Below are positions 47,697-59,500 of a DNA stretch of 64,000 nt, piece after piece. The notes below the pieces were generated by a model. That model was given only the letters and a program-made list of their open reading frames with translations, did no database searches and was not told where the DNA came from. Where the stretch lies: positions 17,772-81,771 of the forward strand of contig JAWOGF010000050.1 of assembly GCA_046497075.1 (NCBI GenBank). Reading direction: 5' to 3'. The position numbers and the translations under genes are program-made. Source of the DNA: Candidatus Saliniplasma sp. (GTDB lineage Archaea > Thermoplasmatota > Thermoplasmata > Halarchaeoplasmatales > Halarchaeoplasmataceae). Positions within the stretch are counted from its first letter, which is position 1. Each line of letters begins with the position of its first letter.

Positions 47697-48644
47697 TATT
47701 ACGATATTCCCCACAAAACTCCCTTTCGCATAATATCGAAATGCTTCTGGGACTTTCTTCAAGGGGAAGATCCTGTCTACCACAGGTTTTATTTCCCCTT
47801 CCCCATAAAATTTATTCAAAAATTCTAGATCTGATGATTTTGGTTTGTGCAACAGCAGGCGTACTTTTTTACCACCTAGGACCCAAGACCCGAGAAATAT
47901 AGCTTGGATGATCTTAGAATCTGAACCTCCTATAAGCACACATATGCCTTTGGGATTTAATGCACGTTTATATTCAAAAACCGAATGTTGTGCTTTTACA
48001 TCGAGAATGAGATCATAACTCTTGCCTTTTTTAGTGAAATCTTCTTTTGTATAATCGATGACGTGGTCTGCTCCTATCGAGAGACACTTATCAAGCTTCT
48101 CTGAGCTGTCTACTCCAGTAACCTCAGCACCATATGATTTAGCAATCTGAATAGCAACTGTTCCTACACCACCTCCTGCACCATTTATCAAAACCTTTTG
48201 GTTCTCATGGATATTCCCTTTATCTCTTAGACCTTGTAAAGCTAGTACCGATGCTTGCGGTGCTGCTGCCGCTTCCTCGAATGACATTTTAGATGATTTT
48301 TGTCCTAATACTTTTTCTCTACAGCACACGTACTCTGCAAATCCACCAAAGTTATCTCTAGATATGTCTCCAAATATGTCATCACCCGGATGGAATCTCC
48401 TAACATCTTTACCTACTCTTTCTACTGTACCCGATATGTCACATCCTAGTATCTCATATTTTGGTTTTAGACGACCTCCTAAGTTAAAGATAGACTTACC
48501 ACTGAGGAGTTCCCAATCCCATGAATTGATAGATGTAGCTTTGACTCTAACCAGTATTTCATCATCCTTAGGATCAGGTTTTCCTACATCTTTTAGCTGA
48601 AGATTATCCGGTGATCCGTAATCGGTCCAGACAACAGCTTTCAC
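47688..48644 (-). CDS. Zn-independent MDR-superfamily NAD(P)H:quinone oxidoreductase-like protein
   Basis: The N-terminus is 'MKAVVWTDYGSPDNLQLKDVGKPDPKDDEILVRVKATSIN'. The Rossmann segment is 'INGAGGGVGTVAIQIAK'. Confidence 0.8.
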   Translation of the reverse strand: MKAVVWTDYGSPDNLQLKDVGKPDPKDDEILVRVKATSINSWDWELLSGKSIFNLGGRLKPKYEILGCDISGTVERVGKDVRRFHPGDDIFGDISRDNFGGFAEYVCCREKVLGQKSSKMSFEEAAAAPQASVLALQGLRDKGNIHENQKVLINGAGGGVGTVAIQIAKSYGAEVTGVDSSEKLDKCLSIGADHVIDYTKEDFTKKGKSYDLILDVKAQHSVFEYKRALNPKGICVLIGGSDSKIIQAIFLGSWVLGGKKVRLLLHKPKSSDLEFLNKFYGEGEIKPVVDRIFPLKKVPEAFRYYAKGSFVGNIVISI

Positions 48645-49126
48645 CTGTTCACCAACCCATCCCTCAAATCTTTTACAAACTCCTCAGCCCTCTTTAGATC
48701 ATCCTCCTCGGGTCTGCCCTTATTAATCCCTCCAAATAACTTAAGGAAACTATTGGTATTCAAACCTATACAGCCAAATTCATCAACAACCGTGTATCCT
48801 TTAGACTGTAATTTTTCCTTCAATCTAGAATGAGTTTTTCTAAAATATTCTTCCCTTAACACCATCTCTGGAGTACCACAGGTCGAGAAGATGAATACTT
48901 TTTTGTTTTCAACCTTGGGTAATTTATCGACAAGAGCGTACAGAGTCTCATGATGTTTTCCACTATAAATTCCAGAACCAAAACCCAGGATATCATATTC
49001 TCCTATCTCATCCAGATCTACTTCTTCAGGCTCCACTACTTCTGAATCCAAGACTTTAGCCATCCTATCTGCGACCTTTTTCGTGTTGCCGTGATGTATT
49101 GATTTACATATTATAAGCGATTTCAT
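48641..49126 (-). CDS. Flavodoxin-like fold protein
   Basis: It is 161 aa. 'MKSLIICKSIHHGNTKKVA…ILGFGSGIY' is typical of the Flavodoxin_4/WrbA-like family. Its start overlaps the previous gene by 4 nt. Confidence 0.65.
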   Translation of the reverse strand: MKSLIICKSIHHGNTKKVADRMAKVLDSEVVEPEEVDLDEIGEYDILGFGSGIYSGKHHETLYALVDKLPKVENKKVFIFSTCGTPEMVLREEYFRKTHSRLKEKLQSKGYTVVDEFGCIGLNTNSFLKLFGGINKGRPEEDDLKRAEEFVKDLRDGLVNR

Positions 49127-49157
49127 AAACTCTCACCTTTACTATCTTTATCATCAT

Positions 49158-49523
49158 TCATAGTGATGACTTCGCTACTTTTTTATGACCCGTGTCGACG
49201 TATCCGTGGACTTTGATGATCTGTTCAAATTGATAACGCCTATCGATTGCTAGTCTTACTTCTCCAGCCTTTAAAAGTTCTTTGTGATAGTTCAGACTCT
49301 TAATGTTAGTAACCGCTTCCTCTACAACCATCTTTTTATCTGCAGTAATAGATGCCCACTTCATTCGAAGACGTACAGCAGGTGCAACGATGAGATGTAT
49401 AATCACCCTTTCTTTTTTCAATGTTCTAAGGCGGGACGATTTCGATCTGTTTCCTACAGCTTCAGAGGTAACATCGTGTTTTTCTCCACTTTCAGTGAAA
49501 TCATCCTCAGTGTAATCCATCAC
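49158..49523 (-). CDS. Hypothetical protein
   Basis: It is an ORF only, 121 aa. Confidence 0.4.
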   Translation of the reverse strand: MMDYTEDDFTESGEKHDVTSEAVGNRSKSSRLRTLKKERVIIHLIVAPAVRLRMKWASITADKKMVVEEAVTNIKSLNYHKELLKAGEVRLAIDRRYQFEQIIKVHGYVDTGHKKVAKSSL

Positions 49524-49795
49524 ATCACGATAACATAATCTTCAAAGACATAGATATGATTTTCGAGGAATAGTTGAAGTATCTGAATCATCTGTTATGA
49601 GTTAGATTCAGTTGTGAAGGTTCAGAACCTTCGTGTCCACATAATTTCTTAGAAAAAAGCGACATCACTACATTGAAATCCACTTTGCGATGATCTGTTG
49701 AAATTTTGATCATAGATATGCTTTGTTCTAGATTTTCCTATTGATTTATCGATCCAAAAAAACCTATACAAAAATAAGGAGAAAAAAGAGAGTTT

Positions 49796-52700
49796 TTAAA
49801 AAGGTTTTATTTTCTTTATGGATCTTACGATATCGTGCTCTATAGATGTCGCTATCTGGTTTATAGATAAGTGCTCTTTTACATCGGTATCACTATGTAA
49901 GGACACTATGTTATCTCTGTGCAATTCCCTTATATGATCTCTGTTTAATGTCTCTATATCCTGTTTGTTCGTAGTCTGTGTCTGATCGACTGTTAGATCC
50001 GATAGCACATCTTCCATCACTGCATTTCTATCCTCTGAGCTTGATATCGCTTCGAAACCGAATCCAAAGTATATCACATCGTGTTCCCCACTGTATTCTA
50101 CCGCTGCTCCCTGAGGGCCTGTCCAATAGCCGCCAGGATATGAAGCGTATTCACTTCCGCCGTTTATAGGGTCGATCTCATCTGGATAGTCCTGGTTATC
50201 TGCACCGTCTCCACCTGATATACTGTACTCCTTGCCGTTCATGTTCACTGCTGTTTCACCCGAATCGTCTGCATTGAACGAAGCGTGTAGATAATCGTTG
50301 TAGAACGTATTATCACCGTTATCATCTAGATGGTAACCTATATCCTGTCCTGAGATGAACAGCTTACCGCCGTTATCTAGATAGTTCGAGATTATCCCTT
50401 GTTCAGTCGATGTAATAGTGTTCTGGTAATCGTCACCTGTGAACCATATAACTGCTGTGTAGTCCTGTAAGTCTCCCTGCGATAATTCAGAAGACTGCTT
50501 TAATTCATAACCGTAGCCCGCTGCCTCAACGGCTTCAGTATAATACGATTCGTAGCTATCGCCGTCATCATCGTCTACTATCAGAATCCCTTGAGTTGAA
50601 ACTTCTTCGAGTGTGAAGTTAGTCCATGTGGTTTCACTAGAATTCACACCAAACGACTTGCTTTCACTCTCATAACCGTCTTTCTCTGCGGTTATCTGCA
50701 TGTCTAATTGGTCGAATTCCGTTATGCCTTCCATCTTGTAATGTCCATCTGAATCTGTGTGATCACTGTGATCTGTTCCTTCTACATAGACATGTGCATC
50801 ATCTACTGCAACACCATAATCGTCTTCAACGTAACCCTCTGCTATTCCTGGTTCTGGTTCTTCAATCACTAGTGTTATGTCTTCATAATGGTTCTCAGTT
50901 ATCGTGATACCTTCAACAGTGTCGGTTTTCTCGTCATCGTCTGCCTTTACTGTATACGTGCCCGGGTTCACCTTGAACTCGAATGGGGCTTCCATACCTA
51001 GGCCGGATTGTGTCTCGTCTAACACATTGTCTTGGTCATCATAAAGTGTTACATTTGCTCCGGTAACCGGTTTGTTCATTCCATTAAGATCTTCCTCGAA
51101 GACTCCTCCTATCACAGATGTGTTCTGCAACATTGTAACGTTCATAAATTTGGTCTTAGATTCCTCTATGCTGAAATTTACAGTAGTATCCTGATGATAC
51201 TCAGCTTTCAACTGCATCGTATTGTTGCCTGAAGTTACGTTCATACTGTATTCGCCGTGATAATCTGTCTCTGTCTGATTATCTCCAATTGTTATCTGTG
51301 CTTCCTTGACTTCCTCACCAGTATTATCCGTTACGTATCCTTTTATGATGGCTATTCCTTCCATCGTTTCATTGAGCCATCTTGTATCCCCTTGTACGAT
51401 TCCAACCTGTTTAGTAACATCTATATAACCCGATACCGAAAATGTAACATTGTATGTTCCTTCCGAGATGTCCTGGTACCGATAATAACCACTCCTGTCT
51501 GTCTGTTTCTCACCGTATCCTGGCAAAGATACTGTAGCAGATATCGGATCACTATCACTGTTTTTCACATATCCTTTTAGTGTACCGTTTCCTAGTGGAG
51601 GTAAAACCGCATCTACTTCTACGGTTTCACCGACTTCCACCGTGATATTTTCCTTGTTTATAGTTTCTCTTCCTTCCTTGGAGAACTCCAACATTTCAAC
51701 CGAGTCCCTCGCTTCCATAAAATATGTACCGTCTTCATCTGTTGTAGTCTCGTTGATCACTATATCTGAAGGGAATCCAGGCGCCAATGCTCTGACCGTT
51801 ACACCAGCTAAACCGTTGGTTTGATCAGAACTTTCCCAAGCAGTTCCTTTAATTGTCCCCTTGGTTTGTTCTTCCTCCATCTCTATCGTGACATCCTTAA
51901 ATTCACCTGTCTCAAGTGGTGATATCTCTTTCACCGTCGTTAAATAACCGTCTTTACTCACATGCACATTTATCTGTTTACCTGCAGGGACATGTCTAAT
52001 AGGTTCTCTTTCAATCGCACTGATCTCCGTCATGAACTGTTCTTCACCGGAAACATACTGGTATACCGTCCCTGATACATGATCTAGTTCATCACCGGAT
52101 TGATCTACAACGGTCATATTGATCTGTGGTGGTTCTTCTACTTCTGGTTTAACATCGTTTAACATCTCTTCCATGAAGTCATTCCTTGTGACCTCATCAT
52201 CTATAGCTTCGTATCCGAATGCTAGATAGACTAGATTGTAATCACCATCATAAGTCACACCTGCAGTTTTATCTGAGCCGTATGATGCGTATTCGGTAGC
52301 CCCATTGACCGGATCGATCTCTGAAGGATACTGCTGATTATCAGCTCCATCTCCTCCGGATATACCGAATGAATATCCTTGTCCATTAACGTCCCTTGAG
52401 TCTACAGCATCGGTAACAAAATCTGCTTTCAGATAATCAGAATAGAATGATGTATCCTTAATATCGTATCCAATATCTTGTCCAGATATTATCAGATTCC
52501 CTCCTTGATCCATATAGCTTGCTAGATTGTCCTGGTCTGTTGACGTCAATGTAGTCTGGTAATCGTCACCTGTAAACCATATCACTACCGGATAGGAATC
52601 TAACCTATCTAATGAGGGGGATCCTTGATTTGGAACATCCCATTCAGTGTATGACCAATCGCTCTTTTCAAGAGCATCTGTATAGTAACTCTTGTATGAT

Positions 52701-55700
52701 GACGTTTTATCACCAGCATCTTCTACCAAAAGGACATCCTGCTGCACGTCTCCATCTTTACTAAGCAGATAGAAATCTTGTGTTGCCACCTCTCCGTTTT
52801 TCAGTGTGTGAATCCTCTCCGCAGTGTAATATGATTCTCCGTCTAACTTAATATGCACGTCATTACTTTCTGTTATGTCTATTTCGCCTATCTTGTAATT
52901 CCCGTTTTGATCCGTAGTACTGGAAAACTCGTTGTCTGCTGTTACCGTTATTCCTTCTAGCGGATCTCCATTTGTATCATATACATGACCTTCTACTGTT
53001 GCATGGTCTTTACTTGTAATTGTGTCTTTCACTAATTTATTTGCGCCTTGTTTATCGTCTAAAGTGAAGGTGCCTCTTCCGGATTCAAAGCCATCTTTAC
53101 TTGTAGAATAATGATATTCACCGATTTCCATGTCTTCTATAACAATTTCTCCATTAGAATCCGTGTAATACTCATCATCGGTCTCGATAACATATACCTT
53201 GGCCTGTTCGACAGGTTCCATGTTGCCATCTTTTTTGGTTTCCAATCTAAATGTTACATCTATCGGTTTGAACACTCTAAAATCATAGTCCTGGTCTGAT
53301 TCATTGGATATTACTGTGCGATTTACAGAATTATAATATCCTTCAGCTTCCGCACGGCCACTGTATACTCCTTTTTCAAGAGAAACTGAATATCTACCAT
53401 TATCATCAGTCACTGTAGTTTTCGAACTTATATGAACTGTTGAATCACTCACTGAGTTCTCTACTTCTTTTGTCCCTTCTGATGTATCTTCCTCAGTAAG
53501 ATGGTATACGGTACCTGTGACGTTGAATGTTTTACTCTCTAAAGTCATATTCTGCTTAGTCAACCCGTTCACATCTACCGTAACAGCGGTGTTAAGAAAA
53601 TCCTCATCGTCTGCTACTATCGTATACTGTCCATCTTCTACATCGAAGTAGTAAGAACCGTCTTCACCAGATGTTGTAGAGTTTACTACGTTTCCATCTT
53701 GTTTTAATGTGACCGTTGTGTCTCTGATAGCAACACCGTTTTCATCGACCGTGTACCCTTTTATTCCATTCAGGGTGGTTTGACCGCCTACACCTAGATC
53801 GCTTAAAACTGTATCCATAACATCTGTTCTGTCTTGAGATGTGGATATTGCCTCAAAACCAAATGAGAAGTAGACTAGATCGTAGTCACCGCTGTATGAA
53901 ACCGCTGAAACCTCGTCGCTATCATATGACATATACTGAGAAGCACCGTTAACAGCACTTATCGCCGACGGGTACTGTTGATTATCTGCTCCATCTCCAC
54001 CGGATATACTGAATGACATATCTTGACCAGATATACTTCTAGAGCTAACACTATCGGTCTCAAAATTAGCTCTCAAGTAATTCCCATAGAATGAAGAATC
54101 GCCAATATCATAACCTATATCCTGACCAGTTACGAACAGTTTACCACCGTTATCCATGTATTGTTGTAGATTAGATTGATCTGTAGAAGTTAGGGTTGAA
54201 TCGTAATCATCACCTGTGAACCATATCACTGCATCGTATTGACCTAGAGTGCTCGAGGACGGACTTCCGTCTGAAGACACTGTCCATGTATCATAATCAT
54301 ATCCGCTTAGAGCGTCCGTGAAGTAGCTTTCGTAGGTCTTACCGTCGTCATCATCGACTACGAGTATACTAGATGATGATGAGGAATCCACTGATATTTC
54401 ACTCTGATATGGCTCGAAATTATGTTTGTTGACTGTTATCTTAACATCTTCTGTAGTCTTAACTGTCAATTCAGCATGACCGGATGAGTCTGTTTTCTCT
54501 GTACTGAATACATTATCACCGGTTACGGTCACTCTTGCATCAGCTACTGCATTACCACTGGAATCTGTCACATCAACAGAAAGTGTATCTTGCCCAGCAT
54601 CTATATTGCTGGTATGTGAGACCGAGAATGTGTCAGGAGTGTCAGTCCATATCGGTACTGCTGGATCGCCCATCAAGTTGAACATAAAGTAGTTGTCTCT
54701 ATATCCTGATCCAGATGATGGAACTCCATTATCTTGGATATAATCTACTTTAGAATCCATTAAGGCACTTCCCTGTCTATAGTTCGATTCATTGAATATC
54801 TGTTCATTGAATCTGTAATTTAATCCTGCATCTCCAGTTCCACCCTGATTGTAATTAGAATCGTATACGAACCCCCATGAAATTCTTGAAGCTCCAACGA
54901 AACCTATAGCATACTTTTCGACCGCAGCTTCAGCTAGAGAATCTCCTAAATCAGAATCAAACTCACCAACACTACAGGCATGAGCGAACATCAGTGGCAT
55001 CTTTTGACCATTTGTTGGTCGTTCGTCTGCTTCCCAATAATGCCCACTTCCAACAGTGCTGTTAACTGATCTGCTAATACCACTACTAGATCCGTGACCT
55101 ATCATATTAACGAATGTTTCTCCTTGGCCTATAGATTCATTAAAATCTGATTTCTTCAAACCATCATCGATGTCTGGGCCGATCTGATCAGGTTTTTCAG
55201 GATTCGCCGTATGAAGATGATCAAAAGTATATCCTTGGTCTTCGAAGAACATATCGTTCATATATTCTGTCCAATTATAGGTTCTCAATTTGGTCTTCAG
55301 TGTAGGCGTTCTATCCAAAATTCCGGATCCAGCAACCACACGATTAAACCAGTCACCAGAAGGGGGGTTCTTCTCGTATGTTAATATGTTATCAACCATA
55401 TCATTCATTTCCTGTTCCGTATTTGCTGGTAATCTTCCAACATCCGCTTCAGGATAGAAGTCTTCTTCTCCTTCTTCACCAAACTTACCATCTTTGTCAG
55501 TATCCCAGTTGCCCGTCAATTCCCCATAAAGGAAATCGCTAGCTAGATCTCCGTCATCATCATGGTTACGTAAGTATGCTGTTGGAACAGTATCCACATC
55601 ACCAGCCATCAGAACATAATCTATACCGTACTTGATGTAATAATCTTGTATGCATCTTCTAACCTTTATGAAATCCTCTCCATCACCGTACTCAGAATAG

Positions 55701-56419
55701 ATTTGATCCACGGTAACGACTTCGGTTCTCATGCCGTCTTCTTCTCTCCACTCGACGAGTGGTTCGATTTCTTCAGTGTAATTATCATGAGTTATTATCA
55801 AGTAATCCACTGATGACTCCGCCGCATCATCATTTGTAGTTCTGACCGAATATTCTCCGAAATTTTGTATCGTCTGTTCCATCTCGTAAGTCTCTTCATG
55901 TACTACTTGTGTATCCTGTCCATTGACGTATTCAACAAATATTTCAGCACTGTCAGCATAATAACCTGATTCTTTAACAGGCCTTATTGTCACTGTGATC
56001 ACATTTCTTCCTCTCCAGTTACCCTGTGTATATACTCTCTCCGTAAAGTCATCCGCTGTAAAATCACCTACTTCGCTTTCTTCACCGTTCAATGGTTCGG
56101 GGGCCTTTGCATCAGGTACGTCACTTACATCGATCTTGCCTTTTAGGTTGTACTCGATATTCACGTCTTTAACCTCTGCATCACGTGGTAATTCAAATGT
56201 GTACCCCTTCTGAGGCAACTTTTTATCACCAGGTAATCCGTACAAAGAAAATCCATCCATCTTTACGTAGTCCCCATCCCTCTGAGGCGATGGAAACTCC
56301 ACTTGAAATGACACTTCTTCATTATCCGTTGTAATCCCCACGGTTGCCGCAGGAATCAGGGAAAGAAGCATCATCCCTATCATTAGAGTTATTACTATCT
56401 TTTTATTCATTAATACCAC
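49796..56419 (-). CDS. Giant (2207 aa) secreted gingipain-like (peptidase C25) cysteine protease with a thrice-repeated about 250-aa module and multiple Ig/CarboxypepD_reg-like beta-sandwich domains
   Basis: The signal peptide is 'MKIVITLMIGMMLLSLIPAATVG'. The C25-like catalytic region is 'DYLIITHDNYTEEIEPLVEWREEDGMRTEVV…YVLMAGDVDTVPT…DVGRLPANT', with a candidate His in 'MIGHGSSSG' and Cys in 'FAHACSVGEF'. Three copies follow the pattern '[IL]VVDDDDG.[ST]YESY[FY]T.A…VIWFTGDDY..T[LI]TSTDQ…GG.LF[IV][ST]GQDIGY…ISGGDGADNQ.YP…NG…YASY…FGFEAI'. Confidence 0.8.
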   Translation of the reverse strand: MVLMNKKIVITLMIGMMLLSLIPAATVGITTDNEEVSFQVEFPSPQRDGDYVKMDGFSLYGLPGDKKLPQKGYTFELPRDAEVKDVNIEYNLKGKIDVSDVPDAKAPEPLNGEESEVGDFTADDFTERVYTQGNWRGRNVITVTIRPVKESGYYADSAEIFVEYVNGQDTQVVHEETYEMEQTIQNFGEYSVRTTNDDAAESSVDYLIITHDNYTEEIEPLVEWREEDGMRTEVVTVDQIYSEYGDGEDFIKVRRCIQDYYIKYGIDYVLMAGDVDTVPTAYLRNHDDDGDLASDFLYGELTGNWDTDKDGKFGEEGEEDFYPEADVGRLPANTEQEMNDMVDNILTYEKNPPSGDWFNRVVAGSGILDRTPTLKTKLRTYNWTEYMNDMFFEDQGYTFDHLHTANPEKPDQIGPDIDDGLKKSDFNESIGQGETFVNMIGHGSSSGISRSVNSTVGSGHYWEADERPTNGQKMPLMFAHACSVGEFDSDLGDSLAEAAVEKYAIGFVGASRISWGFVYDSNYNQGGTGDAGLNYRFNEQIFNESNYRQGSALMDSKVDYIQDNGVPSSGSGYRDNYFMFNLMGDPAVPIWTDTPDTFSVSHTSNIDAGQDTLSVDVTDSSGNAVADARVTVTGDNVFSTEKTDSSGHAELTVKTTEDVKITVNKHNFEPYQSEISVDSSSSSSILVVDDDDGKTYESYFTDALSGYDYDTWTVSSDGSPSSSTLGQYDAVIWFTGDDYDSTLTSTDQSNLQQYMDNGGKLFVTGQDIGYDIGDSSFYGNYLRANFETDSVSSRSISGQDMSFSISGGDGADNQQYPSAISAVNGASQYMSYDSDEVSAVSYSGDYDLVYFSFGFEAISTSQDRTDVMDTVLSDLGVGGQTTLNGIKGYTVDENGVAIRDTTVTLKQDGNVVNSTTSGEDGSYYFDVEDGQYTIVADDEDFLNTAVTVDVNGLTKQNMTLESKTFNVTGTVYHLTEEDTSEGTKEVENSVSDSTVHISSKTTVTDDNGRYSVSLEKGVYSGRAEAEGYYNSVNRTVISNESDQDYDFRVFKPIDVTFRLETKKDGNMEPVEQAKVYVIETDDEYYTDSNGEIVIEDMEIGEYHYSTSKDGFESGRGTFTLDDKQGANKLVKDTITSKDHATVEGHVYDTNGDPLEGITVTADNEFSSTTDQNGNYKIGEIDITESNDVHIKLDGESYYTAERIHTLKNGEVATQDFYLLSKDGDVQQDVLLVEDAGDKTSSYKSYYTDALEKSDWSYTEWDVPNQGSPSLDRLDSYPVVIWFTGDDYQTTLTSTDQDNLASYMDQGGNLIISGQDIGYDIKDTSFYSDYLKADFVTDAVDSRDVNGQGYSFGISGGDGADNQQYPSEIDPVNGATEYASYGSDKTAGVTYDGDYNLVYLAFGYEAIDDEVTRNDFMEEMLNDVKPEVEEPPQINMTVVDQSGDELDHVSGTVYQYVSGEEQFMTEISAIEREPIRHVPAGKQINVHVSKDGYLTTVKEISPLETGEFKDVTIEMEEEQTKGTIKGTAWESSDQTNGLAGVTVRALAPGFPSDIVINETTTDEDGTYFMEARDSVEMLEFSKEGRETINKENITVEVGETVEVDAVLPPLGNGTLKGYVKNSDSDPISATVSLPGYGEKQTDRSGYYRYQDISEGTYNVTFSVSGYIDVTKQVGIVQGDTRWLNETMEGIAIIKGYVTDNTGEEVKEAQITIGDNQTETDYHGEYSMNVTSGNNTMQLKAEYHQDTTVNFSIEESKTKFMNVTMLQNTSVIGGVFEEDLNGMNKPVTGANVTLYDDQDNVLDETQSGLGMEAPFEFKVNPGTYTVKADDDEKTDTVEGITITENHYEDITLVIEEPEPGIAEGYVEDDYGVAVDDAHVYVEGTDHSDHTDSDGHYKMEGITEFDQLDMQITAEKDGYESESKSFGVNSSETTWTNFTLEEVSTQGILIVDDDDGDSYESYYTEAVEAAGYGYELKQSSELSQGDLQDYTAVIWFTGDDYQNTITSTEQGIISNYLDNGGKLFISGQDIGYHLDDNGDNTFYNDYLHASFNADDSGETAVNMNGKEYSISGGDGADNQDYPDEIDPINGGSEYASYPGGYWTGPQGAAVEYSGEHDVIYFGFGFEAISSSEDRNAVMEDVLSDLTVDQTQTTNKQDIETLNRDHIRELHRDNIVSLHSDTDVKEHLSINQIATSIEHDIVRSIKKIKPF

Positions 56420-56456
56420 TTGGATGGGGCAAAGGGGGTATTTATAAAGGATTTGT

Positions 56457-56470
56457 CTACAATTTTGTAG
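56457..56470. promoter_or_regulatory. Palindrome CTACAA-TT-TTGTAG in the 118-bp divergent intergenic region, a candidate operator
   Basis: Seen directly. TATA-like TATTTATAAA (56439-56448) and AATATATAATAC (56472-56485) flank it. Confidence 0.35.
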
Positions 56471-56537
56471 TGGAATATATAATACAGTTGTAAAAGGGGA
56501 AAATAAGATATAACAATTCGAGATATACTGGTCGACG

Positions 56538-59500
56538 ATGATACTCTGCTCCTATTCCGATAAGATACTGATCCATCTTTACGGTCAGGATAAGTACCTA
56601 GATTCATTAGTTGTACCGCAGAAACTATCTCAATCGGGGATCGCTGAGTATATAGACTCTGATGTCCCTTATGTGAACCGATTGTTAAAGAAATTGAAAA
56701 AAAATGATCTCGTTAGGTCCGATAAAAGAAAGGTGAGTGAGACACAGAGGAAAAGGAAGGTCTATTTCCTAACTGATAAAGGAAAAAGAATAGCTGATAA
56801 ACTGATCTCCGATCTAGAAGAAGAGGATGTGACCCTAATAAAAGGTAATGAGGAGAGAGAAGTAAAGATTAGGAGTTTGGACGAACACCTGGATGTAGAT
56901 AATCCTATAATGTTTACTTTGAACAATATGGATGAGGAAGACAGATTGATACCTGAAAAAATAAAAACACCGGAAAAAGATATCTTCGTAGATAGGGAAG
57001 AGGAGAAGGATTCGTTAAAAGAATGTCTAGATATAGTGCGTAATCATGGAGCGCGAACAATATTCATTAAAGGGAAGGCTGGAGTAGGAAAAACAAGATT
57101 TGTAATGGACCTGGAGAGCTATTTTAAATCAAGAGGTTTCAAACTGCTAGTTGGTAAATCATACTACGATACGATAGACCCATATCATCCATTCAATGAT
57201 GCTTTTGAAAAAATTCTAGATGACAACGAGAAAAAAAATCAAGTGCCAGGTGTCAATAGCTCTTCCAGCACGTCCAAAGAAACCAGAGATAAAAATTTCT
57301 TAGACTTTCAAAGGAGGGCAAAATTCTATGAAAGTACAAAATGGGTCAAAAAGATTGCATCTGAACAACCCCTTGTAGTTTTTCTAGACAATTTACAATG
57401 GTCAGACAATGCGACACTTAGGTTACTCCATTACATGACAGATAACCTTGGAGAATCACCTGTACTTTTCATAGGCTCCTACAGGCCTGAAGAGGTATTC
57501 TCCAATCACCCACTGATGGATATAAAACGTAGGATGTCTAGAAGGTCGTTGATCAAAGAGATAGATATAGATAGATTTGATCTGAGTGCCACTCAGAAGA
57601 TAATCGAATCGGTAATAGGTGTAAAAGGTGTACCTGAAGATTTTGTAGATAAGATGTACGAGGAAACGGAAGGAAATCCGCTTTATATAAAGAGATCCTT
57701 AAAAACGTTACTCGAGGCAGGCAAGGTCGATCCGTTAAAAAATAAATACCCTAAAGAGGAAATAGAGCGGATCAATCTAAAGGTATTTAGACGTATAATT
57801 AAAAGAAGAGTTGAAAGACTCCCCCAGAAAACTAAGAATATAATTCAGGTGGGAAGTGTTATCGGAGAAAAAGTAGATTTGAAATTACTATCGAAGGTCT
57901 TGGATAAAAATGAGTTTCACCTCCTAGATATCATAGACACCCTTCTAGAAGCTGACCTATGGTATGATGAGCCTTCCAAAAATAGATTTTCGTTCTCCCA
58001 TAAGGTAGTACACGATGTGGTTTACGAGAATATCAATAAATCAAAAAGGATCAGGGTGCACAAGAAGACCGCTGAAAGTTTAAAGGAACTTGAAGAGGAC
58101 CATTTAGACGAATATTTCGCTGCACTCGGTTACCACTATGAAAAATCTAGACGATTTAGGTCAGCGATGAAATATTATCAAAAAGGGGCTGAAAAGGCAA
58201 AGGATATCTACGCAAATGAAGACGCACTGAAGATGTACGAAAAGGCTCTTGATCTAGAGGAAAAGGTAAGTACGGAAGATAGTACAAAGATATCTCTATT
58301 AGAAAATATCGGTGACGTTCATAAAATGTTGGGGAGATATGAGGCGGCCCGTAATTATTACAATAAAGCGCTTAAAGGAACTAGTGACTCAGAGATAAAT
58401 CAAAGGTTTTATAGAAAGATAGCTGACACGTGGGAAGAACAGAGTGATGTTTCTAAGATCATTTCAGCGACTGACAAAGGGCTTTCTTTAGAGGGAAAGA
58501 CGAATGAGGAGACATGTAAACTTTTGAAGAACAAAGGTTGGGCTTATCTCCGTAAAGGCGAATATGAAGAAGCCTACAGGTACTTCGAGGAAGAAAAAGA
58601 GATCGCAGAGAATTTGGAGTCTGAAGAGGATATATCTAGAGCATTACACGATCTAGGAACTTTGGAGTATTACAAGAATAATTTCGATAAAGCGGTCGAA
58701 CTGCTCAAGAGATCGATCGATATAAGAAAGGATATCGGACTCAAGAAGGGTCTGTCGGCCTCTCTTAATAATCTAGGGATGGTTTATTTGAGGGGGGGCG
58801 ATCAAAAAGAAGCATTAAACCACTGGAAAGAAGCATATAGAATCAATGAAGATACCAATGACAGATCAGGGATGGCACATTCTCTTCACAATATCGGCAT
58901 AGTATATTTGAACCAAGGAAATCTTGAAGAAGCCTTAGATAACTATGAGAAAAGTATAGAGATCAGGAAAAAGATCGGTGATAGATCTGGAGAAGGTGTT
59001 TCTCTAGGAAGTATCGGTAACATCTATGTCAAAAAAGGGGAGATCAAAAAAGGACTGGAATATTATGAGGAAGCATTGAGTATATTCGAGGAGATAGGGG
59101 ACAAACTCCGTATCTCTACGTGGCTGGCAAACAAGTCTGATATCTACATCGATAAAGGAGAACTAGATAAGGCAGAGGAGCATCTCCAAAAAGGTTACGA
59201 TAGATCCCGAGAGATAGGCAATGAATTTAACAAAGGTTTCATCATGAATAAGCTTGGGGTGGTATATAGAGAAAGAGGGGAGTTGAGCAAGAGTATCAAG
59301 GTACACAAGGACTCGATAAAGATGGGGGTAGAGATAGAAAACGAAGAGCTATTGATGTCTTCTAAAGTAAACCTTGCAGATGACTATTTGGGAGAGGAAA
59401 AAGTAAGAAAGGCTGATGACCTGTTAAAGGGACTAGAAGAGTGTATTAAAGAGATAGATAACAGGGAGACTGTACTAGATTATTACAGGGTAACAAGCAA